A stretch of 64,000 nt of DNA, taken from positions 124,001-188,000 of the IMG/VR virus record IMGVR_UViG_3300030019_000003, one strand, 5' to 3'. The stretch's first letter is position 1; each line of letters begins with the position of its first letter. The notes under the pieces were generated by a model, which worked only from the letters and a program-made list of their open reading frames with translations, was not told the DNA's origin and ran no database searches. This document shows positions 1 to 8,750 of the stretch, piece after piece. The translations under genes and the position numbers were made by a program.

Positions 1-36
1 GTTCCGACTGTTATCTTTAGAAAGGATAGTGTTGGA

Positions 37-261
37 ATGACATTTATGCTAAAAGATTTATTCGATAAAAAAGTTATAGAGGATAATACTAACTTTAGTA
101 TCGTTATACCATCAGGCATAAGTGTCATTGGTTCTTTTAGAATTGGTAGTTCAGGTACTGCATTTGATTTTTCAGACGTACCTGATAAAAAGATTGTGAT
201 GTCGGGTGGCGGACGTATATGCAATATAAAAACAAGAAAGTTATTTAACTTAACATTATAA
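37..261 (+). CDS. hypothetical protein (74 aa)
   Basis: ORF with AAAGGA upstream; no recognisable motif. Confidence 0.5.
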   Translation: MTFMLKDLFDKKVIEDNTNFSIVIPSGISVIGSFRIGSSGTAFDFSDVPDKKIVMSGGGRICNIKTRKLFNLTL

Positions 262-276
262 AAGAAGGAAAATAGT

Positions 277-753
277 ATGGAGTTTTTTATTCAAATGTTA
301 CCAGTAATACTAATATCGTCTGGTATGGCTTATTTTGTGCAATGGTATTTTAACCATAAGCAGTTAGTGTCTGACTTAGAAGATCTAGATAAAGAACTTC
401 CACTACCGACAGCTATTATGAAAAGTTTGGAACGTAATCTAATACGCACACTTGTAAATGTTAACGAACTTATTAATACAGGAAAAATAGCTGAAGCCAC
501 AAAATTACTTTGTGAAACATGTTCTAGTGGTTGTGGCTCTAAAGCTACTTTTGAGTATGCGTTTTCAGCAGTGACGCTTGCTAGGAATGTGTCATCTTTT
601 AAAGACCGGTGGGATTACGTTATCATGGTTTTCAAGATCTATAAGAATCTAAATGGTGATGGTGATCAAAATACCAATCTAGACATACCTGATGTTAGCC
701 CTAAAGATTTAATAAAACAATGTGGGATTAACTTAAAGCTAGTAACGAGATAA
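277..753 (+). CDS. hypothetical protein with N-terminal membrane anchor
   Basis: AAGGA RBS; hydrophobic N-terminus (MLPVILISSGMAYFVQWYF). Confidence 0.7.
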   Translation: MEFFIQMLPVILISSGMAYFVQWYFNHKQLVSDLEDLDKELPLPTAIMKSLERNLIRTLVNVNELINTGKIAEATKLLCETCSSGCGSKATFEYAFSAVTLARNVSSFKDRWDYVIMVFKIYKNLNGDGDQNTNLDIPDVSPKDLIKQCGINLKLVTR

Positions 754-759
754 AGGAAA

Positions 760-1308
760 ATGATGAGAAATGACGGAAAGACCTATATCAATATAGGTAA
801 AGACGCTAAAACAGATTTAGGTAAAACACTTTGGCTGTATGCCGGTTTAAAGAAACAAATCACGTATGTTGATGAACAGGGCAAGAAGTTTAAGTTCATG
901 TCTTTAGGAGGCCTTTATGAGTATCTACGAGTACTTAATGTTATTAAGACATATAACTTTGAAGGTGTGCCGTTAGCTATTCTAGAAATGCTTGATGGTT
1001 TGAAAGAATCAAAAGGATTTAATAGTTTAGCCGTTGGTACTTCTATTATTCGTAAACTGGTTGAAACCAGACGATATACCCTAATAGATTTTCAAAAAGA
1101 TTCTGCTGCTAGGGCAAGTGTACTTACTGCTATGGTAGACACTTTGAACAACCAACCTAAATTGGTAAAAGCACTTGTTGAAAACACTTTACCATTAGGT
1201 TCTTTTAGGGTTATTGGGTATACATCTATATATCCAAATGTATCTGAAGCATGGGTTAGCGAAAATTGGAATAAAGCACTTGAGATTGTTAATTCCAATA
1301 AAAATTAA
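760..1308 (+). CDS. phage protein of the (H/Y)INI..T.LG family, possibly NADAR-like
   Basis: AAAGGA RBS; YINIGKDAKTDLGKTL and NTLP motifs shared with 54439..55038; NADAR link is inference. Confidence 0.5.
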   Translation: MMRNDGKTYINIGKDAKTDLGKTLWLYAGLKKQITYVDEQGKKFKFMSLGGLYEYLRVLNVIKTYNFEGVPLAILEMLDGLKESKGFNSLAVGTSIIRKLVETRRYTLIDFQKDSAARASVLTAMVDTLNNQPKLVKALVENTLPLGSFRVIGYTSIYPNVSEAWVSENWNKALEIVNSNKN

Positions 1309-1311
1309 CAC

Positions 1312-1320
1312 CATATTATT
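1312..1320 (+). promoter_or_regulatory. putative early phage promoter (YATATTAT motif)
   Basis: CATATTATT, one of ~11 intergenic copies on + strand. Confidence 0.55.
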
Positions 1321-1324
1321 AAAA

Positions 1325-1437
1325 ATGTAGGGGCAATAGGGTGCAGTCTTAACCGACTGATACCTAGAGTAGCATAAACTACATAACCGGCAGGGATCAC
1401 ACCGTAGCTACCGTAAGGTAGTCTAGAAGTTATTTTT
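1325..1437 (+). ncRNA. candidate small structured RNA
   Basis: No ORF; follows promoter motif; hairpins CAGTC/GACTG (1344-1359), GTAG/CTAC, CTACC-GTAA-GGTAG (1408-1421, GNRA loop); ends at a T tract. Confidence 0.4.
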
Positions 1438-1459
1438 TAACAGGTCACTATTATATTGA

Positions 1460-2005
1460 GAATAAAAAATAACCGCTTAACAAAATTAGCGATTACTCTT
1501 CTCAGTTGGTTTATAACGGTCGCCCCCGGCCGTATAACTGACACCAGGTGATACATAATGCCCAGCAGGTTATGTATCGATAACAGTAATAGCTGTTATA
1601 CCTACCACTGCTGCAAACCTACTGCATGACAAAAAATCCGACAAATCGTTAGCAGTATTGGGAACACGCATGCAGAGAGTCGGTAATCGTTATGCGTGTT
1701 AAACTTGGTGCCATAATGGGTTTTCACATGCAACATGTGAAAAAGCTTAGCTTTTCGCCTGACTTTAAGTCATATCGCGATGTGATGCAAGCAGCTTAGA
1801 CTAACGTCTCGGCAAGCCGGTAAACCGGAGGGTGGGATTGGCAAAAAGACTAATATTAAAAGTACGATGTTACTAATAATTACTAATGGAATGCTGTATA
1901 TGTTGCAAACAGTTTGACTTAGTCTAGCGGCCAATGGTCGTTATGTCCACATCGGAGTTACTAGTTAAGCAGCCGCCAAGCGCAACCATAGGTTGGTATG
2001 CTAAA
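1460..2005 (+). ncRNA. candidate large structured ncRNA of unknown family
   Basis: No ORF of 60 aa or more; GC-richer than flanks; many helices (1550-1558/1570-1578, 1580-1586/1593-1599, 1663-1671/1692-1700, 1721-1730/1734-1743) and long-range pairings (1542-1549/1703-1710, 1797-1804/1919-1926); promoter-like CACTATTATATT at 1446-1457. Confidence 0.6.
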
Positions 2006-2010
2006 ACACG

Positions 2011-2019
2011 TATATTATT
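2011..2019 (+). promoter_or_regulatory. putative early phage promoter
   Basis: TATATTATT motif. Confidence 0.5.
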
Positions 2020-2024
2020 AATAA

Positions 2025-2210
2025 ACTAAAAAAAGGATATTAGTAATACATTAGCTATACTAAGCGTCGAAGACTGATAATATTTGCGTAGGCCACGTAG
2101 GTATTGTCAGTTTATTTTATATGGGTCGAGATGACCCACCTCTTTCGCAGTAATCGTTCACACACTCTGTAACTACTTCACGCACTAGTGCGTGAAGTAG
2201 TTATATTTAT
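2025..2210 (+). ncRNA. candidate small structured RNA
   Basis: No ORF; helices 2073-2083/2101-2111 and 2122-2127/2133-2138; closed by 34-bp palindrome. Confidence 0.4.
2170..2203. terminator. perfect 34-bp palindrome, likely terminator
   Basis: TAACTACTTCACGCACTAGTGCGTGAAGTAGTTA followed by T-rich sequence. Confidence 0.7.
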
Positions 2211-2287
2211 ATTTTCATTTTTTTATAAAGATACATTATAAAAGTAATACTATAGCAAAGCTATATAAAGAAAATGAGGAGAATAAA

Positions 2288-2833
2288 ATGGATTACGCAC
2301 TCTATGAAAGAATGTTTAATGTTGTAAATGCTAGACTATTTACAAACCCTGCAGATAAGAGTTTACGCGGAAATGATCTAGCAAATGAGATTAGTTTTCA
2401 TATTTCAAATATGATTAATACTATTACAGGTAACTCGTTATTAACACAAAATAACAGAATGGACTGTATCAAAATAGTAATGGATAGACTTACAACACAA
2501 TACGAGCTTTCTAAAAGAATACTTTCATTGTTCGATGGTGAGACTATTACTATTGCTGATGTTAACAATGAAGTCTATGGCGATATAGTTGTTAACATCA
2601 TTATGGACAGGTTGGAGACAACTAAACAACATGAAAAGATCAGTAGTGCTTATCTACCGTTAAAAGTCTTTTTAAGTACAAATAAGTTAACTGTCGATGC
2701 TGAAGTTTCTCCTAGAGAAACATCATATCAAATATTTCTAGCTAATCCTGAATATGAAGCGTTGATTTGTAAACTTATAGCAGAGATCATCATGTCAAAA
2801 TCAGTTGCTGAGAGCATAAAGTTTACGTGGTAA
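2288..2833 (+). CDS. hypothetical protein (181 aa)
   Basis: GAGGAG RBS; intact ORF. Confidence 0.8.
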   Translation: MDYALYERMFNVVNARLFTNPADKSLRGNDLANEISFHISNMINTITGNSLLTQNNRMDCIKIVMDRLTTQYELSKRILSLFDGETITIADVNNEVYGDIVVNIIMDRLETTKQHEKISSAYLPLKVFLSTNKLTVDAEVSPRETSYQIFLANPEYEALICKLIAEIIMSKSVAESIKFTW

Positions 2834-2861
2834 TAAAATTATAAAAATTAAGGAGTATCCT

Positions 2862-3278
2862 ATGAATGAGTCTAAAAGGTCAAATGAGTTTCAAGTTGGC
2901 TTGATGCTAACAATTAACATAGTTTTTATGTTAGGTTTTTCAACATTAACTCTATTAGCTAAACTAGCTGATAGTTTTGACGTTATGAATTTATTATCAC
3001 TTTTAACGCTAATCGTGTTTCTTTTAAACAGCGGTAGTTTTTACAGTTGTTTCAACTCAGCGCCTTATGGGTTTAAATATATCGTATTTTTGAATTATGG
3101 TATGTTTATCACTATCATAATGTCCGTTTTAGCTATAGCATACACTGTAGTTAATCCTGTTATACTGTTAATGATATTTATAGTGTCATTAGCCTTTACG
3201 CTCTTTATAGTAATTGGTGCTGTATTTCATTATGCTAAAGAGCATTTAAAAAATAAACGCAGTGGGAGAATATTATGA
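2862..3278 (+). CDS. multi-pass membrane protein (about 4 TM)
   Basis: AAGGAG RBS; four hydrophobic segments. Confidence 0.75.
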   Translation: MNESKRSNEFQVGLMLTINIVFMLGFSTLTLLAKLADSFDVMNLLSLLTLIVFLLNSGSFYSCFNSAPYGFKYIVFLNYGMFITIIMSVLAIAYTVVNPVILLMIFIVSLAFTLFIVIGAVFHYAKEHLKNKRSGRIL

Positions 3279-3733
3279 AAGAGATGATTGATATAACACC
3301 TGATATAGGAGTGTTTGTGATTACAACAAATGTTGCTAGGGAGGCTGGGTATGTTAAAATCAAAGGTAAAATCTTCATGCTTTTTAGACTTGTTAAAAAG
3401 CATGAATGTTCTAAAGTTGAAAGTTTCAGTCTTACGCTGTATGATAGTAAAACAAACACAACAAGTCCGTTACATCATGACGTAGTGGAAGGGTTTGATG
3501 GAGATCTAATCATCGTGCGCTGGTGTGTAAATGGTCCAATTGCTGGATACGATAAATTGATTATTAATGTTAATGAGTGTATCCATGTTATGAATTTATT
3601 CTTCCCACCTATAACAGTTATAACTGCATACGAGATGGACGAGTACAACACATTGTCACGAGGATACGTATCTATATATACAGGGGATATGTACAAATCA
3701 CATTCATCTAGTGGCACACCATTACTAGACTAA
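3275..3733 (+). CDS. hypothetical protein (152 aa)
   Basis: ATGA overlap with upstream stop; GGGAG RBS. Confidence 0.75.
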   Translation: MKEMIDITPDIGVFVITTNVAREAGYVKIKGKIFMLFRLVKKHECSKVESFSLTLYDSKTNTTSPLHHDVVEGFDGDLIIVRWCVNGPIAGYDKLIINVNECIHVMNLFFPPITVITAYEMDEYNTLSRGYVSIYTGDMYKSHSSSGTPLLD

Positions 3734-3736
3734 AAG

Positions 3737-3892
3737 ATGCGTACCCTAGTAATACTAGTTATAATCACTATGGTTGCTATAGCTGTGTTTTTAGAAATAC
3801 TTTGTAGTACGGGTAATAGTGGTGATAATGTAACTGATAAGCATGATACAATGTCTGAGGTAGTTGTTATCAAACATGTTATTAAAAATTAA
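3737..3892 (+). CDS. small single-pass membrane protein (51 aa)
   Basis: Read manually: MRTLVILVIITMVAIAVFLEILCSTG...; fills the gap between two genes. Confidence 0.55.
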   Translation: MRTLVILVIITMVAIAVFLEILCSTGNSGDNVTDKHDTMSEVVVIKHVIKN

Positions 3893-3903
3893 AAGGAATT
3901 CCT

Positions 3904-6900
3904 ATGAAAAGCATTATTGAAAAAATGAGAGAGCAATTAGCCAGTGGCGCCAGTATTGGCTCTAAAAAAATAGCCATATCCATAAAACCTATACCTATGG
4001 AATCTTTAGAAGATTTAGGTAAAATGTGGGCTGTTGGTATTAAAGTAGGAAGATCTAAAAGAGTACCCTACAGTATGAAACCGCGAGAGATTAGTGATCT
4101 CATAAATATCGATGTCATAAAAGTGAGCAGTCAGTATACGGGTATAAGTACTTATATTAATTCTGTGCTATACAACGCAACTGAATCTAGCGCACATGAA
4201 CCGGTAGACACGGAATCGCTTAAAGAACGAGATATGCTGGATGATGTTCTCGGGTATTTTATCATACTATCTGCTTTAAAAGAAGATATTGAAGACGCCG
4301 CTGTACGCTCATCAATTGCAGGTGATGACATTAATATGCTATTCTGCAGGATAAACGCTGTGAAAGATTTCTATAGCCTTAAAGAACCTATAAAATTAGA
4401 GGCCTCACATTTAGAATATAGTGCGATTCACAGATTATCTTGGAAGACACCGTGCGGCAAACATTTATTTTTAGGAGATGTAAGTGACGATAGTATTAGC
4501 GGCTTTGAGGAAATGGGCGGTATAGATCTCATTATCTTGCAAAATGAAAATGAGATAGCTAAGAAAGTTGAAGAATCAACCACTACCGATAGTAAATCTA
4601 AGATACAAACTATCATAGATAAGATCGGTACAAATGCTGATAGAGGTAACCCTAACACTATCAGTATACGTTTTTACCTTAAAGGTGAGAATGTAGGCAC
4701 ACTTACAAGTGAGGAACTTGAGATTGCTGTTATTCTAAATGAAAAAATAGTGATAACAAATACCGACACCACGATGCATGATTTTACTTTGCTTATAGAC
4801 TATGTTTCAAAAATTATTAATGCGGAAATTGTTATAAATAATGTCGCATTTGATAAAAGATCATTTGGTATTGAATGCGGTGCTTTACCAGATAGTATTA
4901 AAGCAAATGTAAAAGGTCTTTATTTAATTTACAGATACTACTTCGGCGGCAAATATGGCTTTCAACTTTGTCCTACGAATTCGACGATGAAAATTCTTAA
5001 GGACTATTTTGGAGGGAGATCATATCATCCGGCGGCTGCATCGAAATTGGCTAGCGATGGGTATATGTGCCTGTTGGCAAGTTGTGTGTTTAAGGATACT
5101 GTCTCATTAGCAGTTGATATTGATAAACAAAGATCATACAAGGTACCCTACACAGATTTATACTTAGATATTGCCAATGGATCCTACAGGCTACATTTAG
5201 CAACAATAAGTTTAGAAGATTCAGAAAGTATTCGTGACCTTTATAACGATCTTCTTGTAAAAGGTATAGCGACTCTTAGTGACTTAATCCATATTACTAA
5301 AGAGCCTGTAGCGACGACATTTAAAGAACTTACCGGTATAGCTGAAATTAGCGACTGGAAGAAAACAGGTGATGAAGAAAATGTTGTTACAACACTAAAA
5401 GCTATAACAGAAGCGATATCAGTGCTTCTTGATGATAGTGTTAGTGACGATGGAAGCTTTACAACACACTCTTTAGATACACTTTATACAGCATTTAGTG
5501 GAATAATTGGTGACAGTGTTGTTGCCGAATATAATCGTCTGCCAGTGATGGTTCTAATTGTAGACAAAGTCAATGCGAATAGTTCTATAGTAGATCTTAA
5601 GTCTATTAAGTACATGATTGGTGATCCTAACGTCATACATCAGTGTGAACTTATATACGAGCACCCTTTTACAAAACAGATTAGGATTAATGAGTATTGT
5701 ATCCACTCAAATGTTTTGCCTAAGCACAATATTTATTTGTGTCAGGCTAACCGTATGTGTAATTCGTCAAAAGAAATTGCTAAAACGTTGGCTGAATCTT
5801 TAGCTGAAAGAAAACAACCTAAAAAAGAAGGAGAGAAAAGTATGGAAAATACCGCTAACCCTACTTCAGGAAATGTGCTGAATCATGAGACTGAAAAAGT
5901 TTCTATAATTAGGGATGACGTTAAAAGGCGCGTTGAAAACAATGTTATTCCACTGCTAAAAAACTTGGACGGTGATGCCGAAAGTGTTGCTGATACACTA
6001 AGTGATGTTTTAACACTGATGCGTGAAATTGCTGAAAGCGGAAAAGAAAGCTGTGCATCTTATAAGGTAGCAGTAGCTCAGATTAGGATTCTAAATTTAT
6101 TAAAGGAAGCCAGTCATACTGATATGTTTAGGATTATAGATATGGCTATTGCTATTAATGTTGTTGATGGCGAAAATAAACAGCTATTTCGATATGCCAC
6201 CACCGTACAATGTGTAAACCTACCGCGAATAAGTCGTGCCAGTTCAAAACGTTTACAGCATCTTGTGTTATTTCCTAAAAACTACATCATTGATATGCCA
6301 AATATCGGTGTTGCGAAGTTTGCGTTAAATTTGTTTACTGAAACACAGCAAACTACCTCAGATGGATCTACTGGATTTATGCCGACAGCGGATAAAAACG
6401 GGTTTGTTTCTACTGGCTATCCCGATATGCCACCAGTATATGGTAATCCTGGTTTTAATTTTGGAGGTTTTTATAATATTGGTAAGCAGTATCCTGATTA
6501 TAAAGCTGAAGATAAACAGGTATTCGATCGATTTAAATGTGCTAATACGTCTGGCGGTAAGATGTATGATATTCTAGAAGCAAAGCGTATGGAATTATTC
6601 GTACAGATGGAAAAATCATTAAGGGGCACTTCTGATAACTTTCGAAATTTAGCTGCTAATTACGATACTCTAGTTTCTAAGGTCGATACGCTACAAAAAC
6701 GTATAGATGTTTTAGAAAATGGTACTGCTGTTAAGAAGAGTTCTAAAAAAGAGACTGCTGAATTGTTAAAGTATTATGATAGTATTGCTATGCACGTCGG
6801 AAATATCCTGACGAGATATGGTTTAGACTATATTAGTAAACAAAATTCAGTAAGGCAACAAGGTGATAAAGATTTTGGTACGACCATACCCGATATTTTC

Positions 6901-7248
6901 TGTAATCTTAACCTAGAGAATATTGGTAGAGATGGCACTATGATGAAATTAGAGTTTGGCGATGATTATAGTACTAACACTCGTGAGTTCATGAGTCTAG
7001 TATTTTATAAAGCTGGACATCGTGTTGTAGAGTACTCTTATACAAATGGTAATATCTGCGTAGATGCTGTTTTAAATTTGGTACGATATCTAAAACACTA
7101 TTATGGTGGTCTTATTGCAGAAGCGTACAGCGTTTTTAATACTGTTACCGTGAACAGGCCATTCATAACTACTGAAAAAGTGTTGGATGATGTGAATTTA
7201 AAATTTTATATTCCTGTGACTTTTATAGGAACAGGGGTTAGATTTTAA
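3904..7248 (+). CDS. large hypothetical protein (1114 aa), probable internal start at 5842
   Basis: AAAGGA RBS; long ORF; internal AAGGAG before in-frame ATG 5842. Confidence 0.8.
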   Translation: MKSIIEKMREQLASGASIGSKKIAISIKPIPMESLEDLGKMWAVGIKVGRSKRVPYSMKPREISDLINIDVIKVSSQYTGISTYINSVLYNATESSAHEPVDTESLKERDMLDDVLGYFIILSALKEDIEDAAVRSSIAGDDINMLFCRINAVKDFYSLKEPIKLEASHLEYSAIHRLSWKTPCGKHLFLGDVSDDSISGFEEMGGIDLIILQNENEIAKKVEESTTTDSKSKIQTIIDKIGTNADRGNPNTISIRFYLKGENVGTLTSEELEIAVILNEKIVITNTDTTMHDFTLLIDYVSKIINAEIVINNVAFDKRSFGIECGALPDSIKANVKGLYLIYRYYFGGKYGFQLCPTNSTMKILKDYFGGRSYHPAAASKLASDGYMCLLASCVFKDTVSLAVDIDKQRSYKVPYTDLYLDIANGSYRLHLATISLEDSESIRDLYNDLLVKGIATLSDLIHITKEPVATTFKELTGIAEISDWKKTGDEENVVTTLKAITEAISVLLDDSVSDDGSFTTHSLDTLYTAFSGIIGDSVVAEYNRLPVMVLIVDKVNANSSIVDLKSIKYMIGDPNVIHQCELIYEHPFTKQIRINEYCIHSNVLPKHNIYLCQANRMCNSSKEIAKTLAESLAERKQPKKEGEKSMENTANPTSGNVLNHETEKVSIIRDDVKRRVENNVIPLLKNLDGDAESVADTLSDVLTLMREIAESGKESCASYKVAVAQIRILNLLKEASHTDMFRIIDMAIAINVVDGENKQLFRYATTVQCVNLPRISRASSKRLQHLVLFPKNYIIDMPNIGVAKFALNLFTETQQTTSDGSTGFMPTADKNGFVSTGYPDMPPVYGNPGFNFGGFYNIGKQYPDYKAEDKQVFDRFKCANTSGGKMYDILEAKRMELFVQMEKSLRGTSDNFRNLAANYDTLVSKVDTLQKRIDVLENGTAVKKSSKKETAELLKYYDSIAMHVGNILTRYGLDYISKQNSVRQQGDKDFGTTIPDIFCNLNLENIGRDGTMMKLEFGDDYSTNTREFMSLVFYKAGHRVVEYSYTNGNICVDAVLNLVRYLKHYYGGLIAEAYSVFNTVTVNRPFITTEKVLDDVNLKFYIPVTFIGTGVRF

Positions 7249-7253
7249 AATAG

Positions 7254-7286
7254 TACTAACACAGACCTATTAGGTCTGTGTTAGTA
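7254..7286. terminator. inverted repeat terminator
   Basis: 16-bp arms, 1-nt spacer, just after gene stop. Confidence 0.7.
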
Positions 7287-7302
7287 TCTAGTTTCGTTTA
7301 AG

Positions 7303-7382
7303 AACATATTATTTAATTAATAACGAACAAGTACGTTAGTAATTGTGAGTTAAACTAATAACCTATAACTAGTTTACTAGTT
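7303..7382 (+). repeat. 80-bp promoter/leader repeat, copy 1
   Basis: 78/80 identical to 35350-35429; contains CATATTATT. Confidence 0.9.
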
Positions 7383-7432
7383 AAGTTACATTTATAAAAT
7401 TCAAGGAGATGTCTCATGTATAAGAAGCTAAC

Positions 7433-7897
7433 ATGCAAAAGAAACATATAAGAGGTACCACTATAAATAACATACTAATTGATAACACAATTAATATAAG
7501 CTATAGGCCTTACGATGTTTTGATGGCTAAGAAAGTAGAAAAACTACCAACAGAATATGTCGATAAAATACTAAACACCTATAACCAACTTTATGGTATA
7601 GGCGATCTTGAAAAAGTATTTTATTATAAACTAAGAAAAATGAAAGTTATCCATAAGGTAAGCTCTTCAGCTTTTCTTCCTGCTATGCTATTAGACCTTA
7701 ATTCTCCTAACGACATAATGGTCTATATCATGGTTTTATTAAATTACTACGATACTGAAAAACGACCAGCGTCAGTGTATGGTATTCTTAAGAATCTATT
7801 TCCTAACGGGTACTACTCACAAGTAACTAACCAGACTATCGTTGACACTATACGCCACACAGGCTATGCTAGATATGGTAAGATTTTTTTAATTTAA
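7433..7897 (+). CDS. hypothetical protein (154 aa)
   Basis: Intact ORF; start uncertain because the strong RBS precedes out-of-frame ATG 7416. Confidence 0.65.
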   Translation: MQKKHIRGTTINNILIDNTINISYRPYDVLMAKKVEKLPTEYVDKILNTYNQLYGIGDLEKVFYYKLRKMKVIHKVSSSAFLPAMLLDLNSPNDIMVYIMVLLNYYDTEKRPASVYGILKNLFPNGYYSQVTNQTIVDTIRHTGYARYGKIFLI

Positions 7898-7908
7898 AGG
7901 ATAATCCT

Positions 7909-8715
7909 ATGTTTACAAAATACGGTACTAATGTTACAGATTTCTTAAAGACGGCTAAAACCTTAAATGTCAATACTGACTTCATACACAAAATAGCTAA
8001 TTGTGATATAGAGGGTATTCCTCATTATGATGATGAGTTCTCTGCAGAAATTGTTTCAGAATGTTCTGAGAATCCATGGTACTATTTTAGAGAAGTAAAT
8101 AACTTTAATGTACCAACCTGTGAAGATGTTTTACATCTCGCACTTTTGATTAAGGGCTACGATACTCTTAGGTTAGGCAGAAGAGGTGTATTGAATACAA
8201 GTATACCAGCTTATATTCATTATGTGCTAAAATACACAGACATCATTAACAATATTGCTTTCGTAACTAACAATATGGATTTTGTTAAGAAACCGTTAGA
8301 GGTATTTCAAAATTTACAAGAAGCAGATATTCAAAATCATGTAACGATGTTAGAATGCCCTGGTTATGTTAGTAATGAATATACTGGTAGATGCTGCAGA
8401 ATAGGACAACTTGACTGGTTATTGGTAGGGGCTAAATACAGTATCGGTGTTGCCGATCTAACATTAGCTAATCCATTCACAGTTGCTACTATGCTTGAGA
8501 ATCTTATATCAGCTGTTAAAACTTCTGATGATAAAACACAATTTTCTAAAAGAGTTGTGCTCTATAAGGATATTGATCCGACAGAACACGATCTCTGCCT
8601 TAGTCAAGCATTAGATTCACTAGGTGGGTATTATGACAACATGGTTTTTGAACGTCATGATCTTTATAAGTTGTTAGAAAAAGAACCTACTGAAAAAATG
8701 CTATGCATTATTTAA
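7909..8715 (+). CDS. divergent paralog of the terminase large subunit N-terminal ATPase domain
   Basis: ECSENPWYYFREV versus ECSENPWYFFREV in the terminase; Walker A equivalent degenerate (LGRRGVLNTS versus QPRQTGKS). Confidence 0.7.
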   Translation: MFTKYGTNVTDFLKTAKTLNVNTDFIHKIANCDIEGIPHYDDEFSAEIVSECSENPWYYFREVNNFNVPTCEDVLHLALLIKGYDTLRLGRRGVLNTSIPAYIHYVLKYTDIINNIAFVTNNMDFVKKPLEVFQNLQEADIQNHVTMLECPGYVSNEYTGRCCRIGQLDWLLVGAKYSIGVADLTLANPFTVATMLENLISAVKTSDDKTQFSKRVVLYKDIDPTEHDLCLSQALDSLGGYYDNMVFERHDLYKLLEKEPTEKMLCII

Positions 8716-8750
8716 GTACTTATGAATTAAAATAAACAAAAGGTTAAAAA

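Noticed and set aside
1790-1930. AGACTA and TAGTCT resemble group I intron P7 strands
   Set aside because: No interrupted gene, no room for P4-P6 between GCAGC and AGACUA, and no S consensus; kept only as a helix of the candidate ncRNA
1309-2287. tRNA, tmRNA, RNase P, group II intron or CRISPR array in the ORF-free region
   Set aside because: No cloverleaf or CCA end, no GAGGAAAGUCC, no domain V, no regularly spaced repeats
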